Virus record (IMG/VR): IMGVR_UViG_3300032278_002689 | Location: 1 to 59,083 of that record | Source of the DNA: a virus | Taxonomy: Duplodnaviria > Caudoviricetes | DNA length: 59,083 nt | Reading direction: 5' to 3' (one strand) | In this document: one piece after another, positions 58,040 through 59,083 of the stretch | Layout: each line of letters opens with the position of its first letter | Numbering within the stretch: position 1 is the stretch's first letter | Made by a program: the position numbers and the translations under genes | Notes under the pieces: generated by a model | What the model was told of the DNA's origin: nothing | The model's input: only the letters and a program-made list of their open reading frames with translations | Database searches by the model: none

Positions 58040-59083
58040 AAAACTTTCACATCTGTTTTTATTTCAAACTTCTTTACATCTTTTTCATTATTAACAATGG
58101 GCTCTCCTTTTATATTTAAGGACGTATTCAATAGCATTGGACAACCTGTTTCTTTTTTCCATTCTTCAAGCAATGTTCGATGAGGATCTTCTGTCACCTC
58201 CTGAATTCTTGATGTTCCATCAAGGTGTACTATACTAGGATATAATTGTTGGGTTTGATGAGTTGCATTTCTAACAGTATTCATATAAGGCGAAGATATT
58301 CCTTTTTCAAAAAAGGTATTCACATCTTCTTTTAGAATCATTGGCGCAAATGGCCTAAATTTTTCTCGACCTTTTACTTTATTCACTTTATTTTTCATGT
58401 CAAGAATCGATGGATCAGCAAACAATGATCTATTGCCCAATGCTCTCGGACCAAATTCTGCTCGACCTTTCGCAACACCCACCATATGATTTTCTTTAAG
58501 TTCTTTGATAATCTCTGTGACAGGATATTCTCCTGCAATTTCGTAACCAAGATATGGATTTGGTTCTATTTTATGATCTAAAGCACATCCAATAGCAGAT
58601 CCACCATCGCCCGGATTACAAGGAATGTATGTATTAAATTTTGTAAGAAAACGATTTGCAGACACATTTAAAGCACATCCACCAACAAAAACAAGATTTT
58701 CATCATCAATTTTGTCTATAATTTTTTGAAATTCTTCTTCATATATATCTTGTGCTATGGCGGCTATCTCAAACTCATCAGTCAATCCTTCTAAATCTAT
58801 TCCTTGATGAAAACTTTTATTATTGTTCCACATTGATTTAATATATTGATAATCATGTATATTATAGTTTTGTGTGACTGCTGATGCTCCCATTAAAATA
58901 TATTCTTCTTCATTTGGTTTCCAACCTGCCGCCTGAGTCATTGCAGAATAAAACAAACCAAGCGATTTAGGATAATCCCATTTTTCAATTAATGTAAAAT
59001 CACCATCTTTTACTTTCCATTGAGTCATAGTATTCCATTCACCAATGGCGTCTATTACTAAAACTGTACAATCTATAAAAGGA
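58036..59083 (-). CDS. Carbamoyltransferase (NodU/CmcH/TobZ family), 5' end outside window
   Basis: The frame stays open to the edge (...VLVIDAIGEWNT...). SLGLFYSA, GGCALN, GDGGSAIG, EFGPRALGNRS, RPFAP, HLDGTSR, LNTSLN..GEP. Confidence 0.93.
   Translation of the reverse strand, partial: PFIDCTVLVIDAIGEWNTMTQWKVKDGDFTLIEKWDYPKSLGLFYSAMTQAAGWKPNEEEYILMGASAVTQNYNIHDYQYIKSMWNNNKSFHQGIDLEGLTDEFEIAAIAQDIYEEEFQKIIDKIDDENLVFVGGCALNVSANRFLTKFNTYIPCNPGDGGSAIGCALDHKIEPNPYLGYEIAGEYPVTEIIKELKENHMVGVAKGRAEFGPRALGNRSLFADPSILDMKNKVNKVKGREKFRPFAPMILKEDVNTFFEKGISSPYMNTVRNATHQTQQLYPSIVHLDGTSRIQEVTEDPHRTLLEEWKKETGCPMLLNTSLNIKGEPIVNNEKDVKKFEIKTDVKVL

Noticed and set aside
1-59083. CRISPR array, tRNA, intron/intein, integrase or transposase
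   Set aside because: No spaced repeats or cloverleaf seen, intergenic gaps are under 100 nt, and no such protein motifs were recognised. The 37-nt repeat has only two copies and both are coding.
1-59083. Stop-codon reassignment
   Set aside because: Genes are full-length and tile tightly under the standard code.

Overview
AT-rich, almost fully coding segment of a T4-like myovirus genome, probably aquatic or marine; the host cannot be determined from this window. 1-13.6 kb is a tail/baseplate morphogenesis module: a large uncharacterised gene running off the left edge, gp5, a gp27-like hub, gp53, two gp48-like genes, gp4, gp2, a gp54/gp19-like gene, gp26, gp51 and a glycine-zipper tape measure. 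13.7-21.6 kb is a leftward unit with a sigma70-like promoter that links two giant multidomain glycosyltransferases (one with a TibC/Aah-type protein heptosyltransferase domain) to gp33, gp59 and gp32. 21.7-23.6 kb holds two rightward, probably late/structural genes. 23.6-59.1 kb is an uninterrupted leftward cassette of about 40 tailoring-type genes: 11 radical SAM enzymes with extra Cys-rich SPASM/twitch-type domains, 5-6 2OG-Fe(II) oxygenases, several glycosyltransferases, 2 SGNH hydrolases, a QueC-like PP-loop ATPase, an amidinotransferase, a carbamoyltransferase, a sulfotransferase-like protein, a cytidylyltransferase-aminotransferase fusion, a nitroreductase, a minimal AMP-binding enzyme, a GNAT-like protein and a MORN protein. 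The most notable sequence-level observations are the biosynthetic-cluster-like cassette with an internal T4 late promoter, an exact 37-nt copy of gp32 sequence forming the C-terminus of a radical SAM gene 19.9 kb away, and a T9 slippery site that would fuse gp26 to gp51 by -1 frameshift just upstream of the tape measure. All family calls come from motif recognition by eye; no database searches were run.
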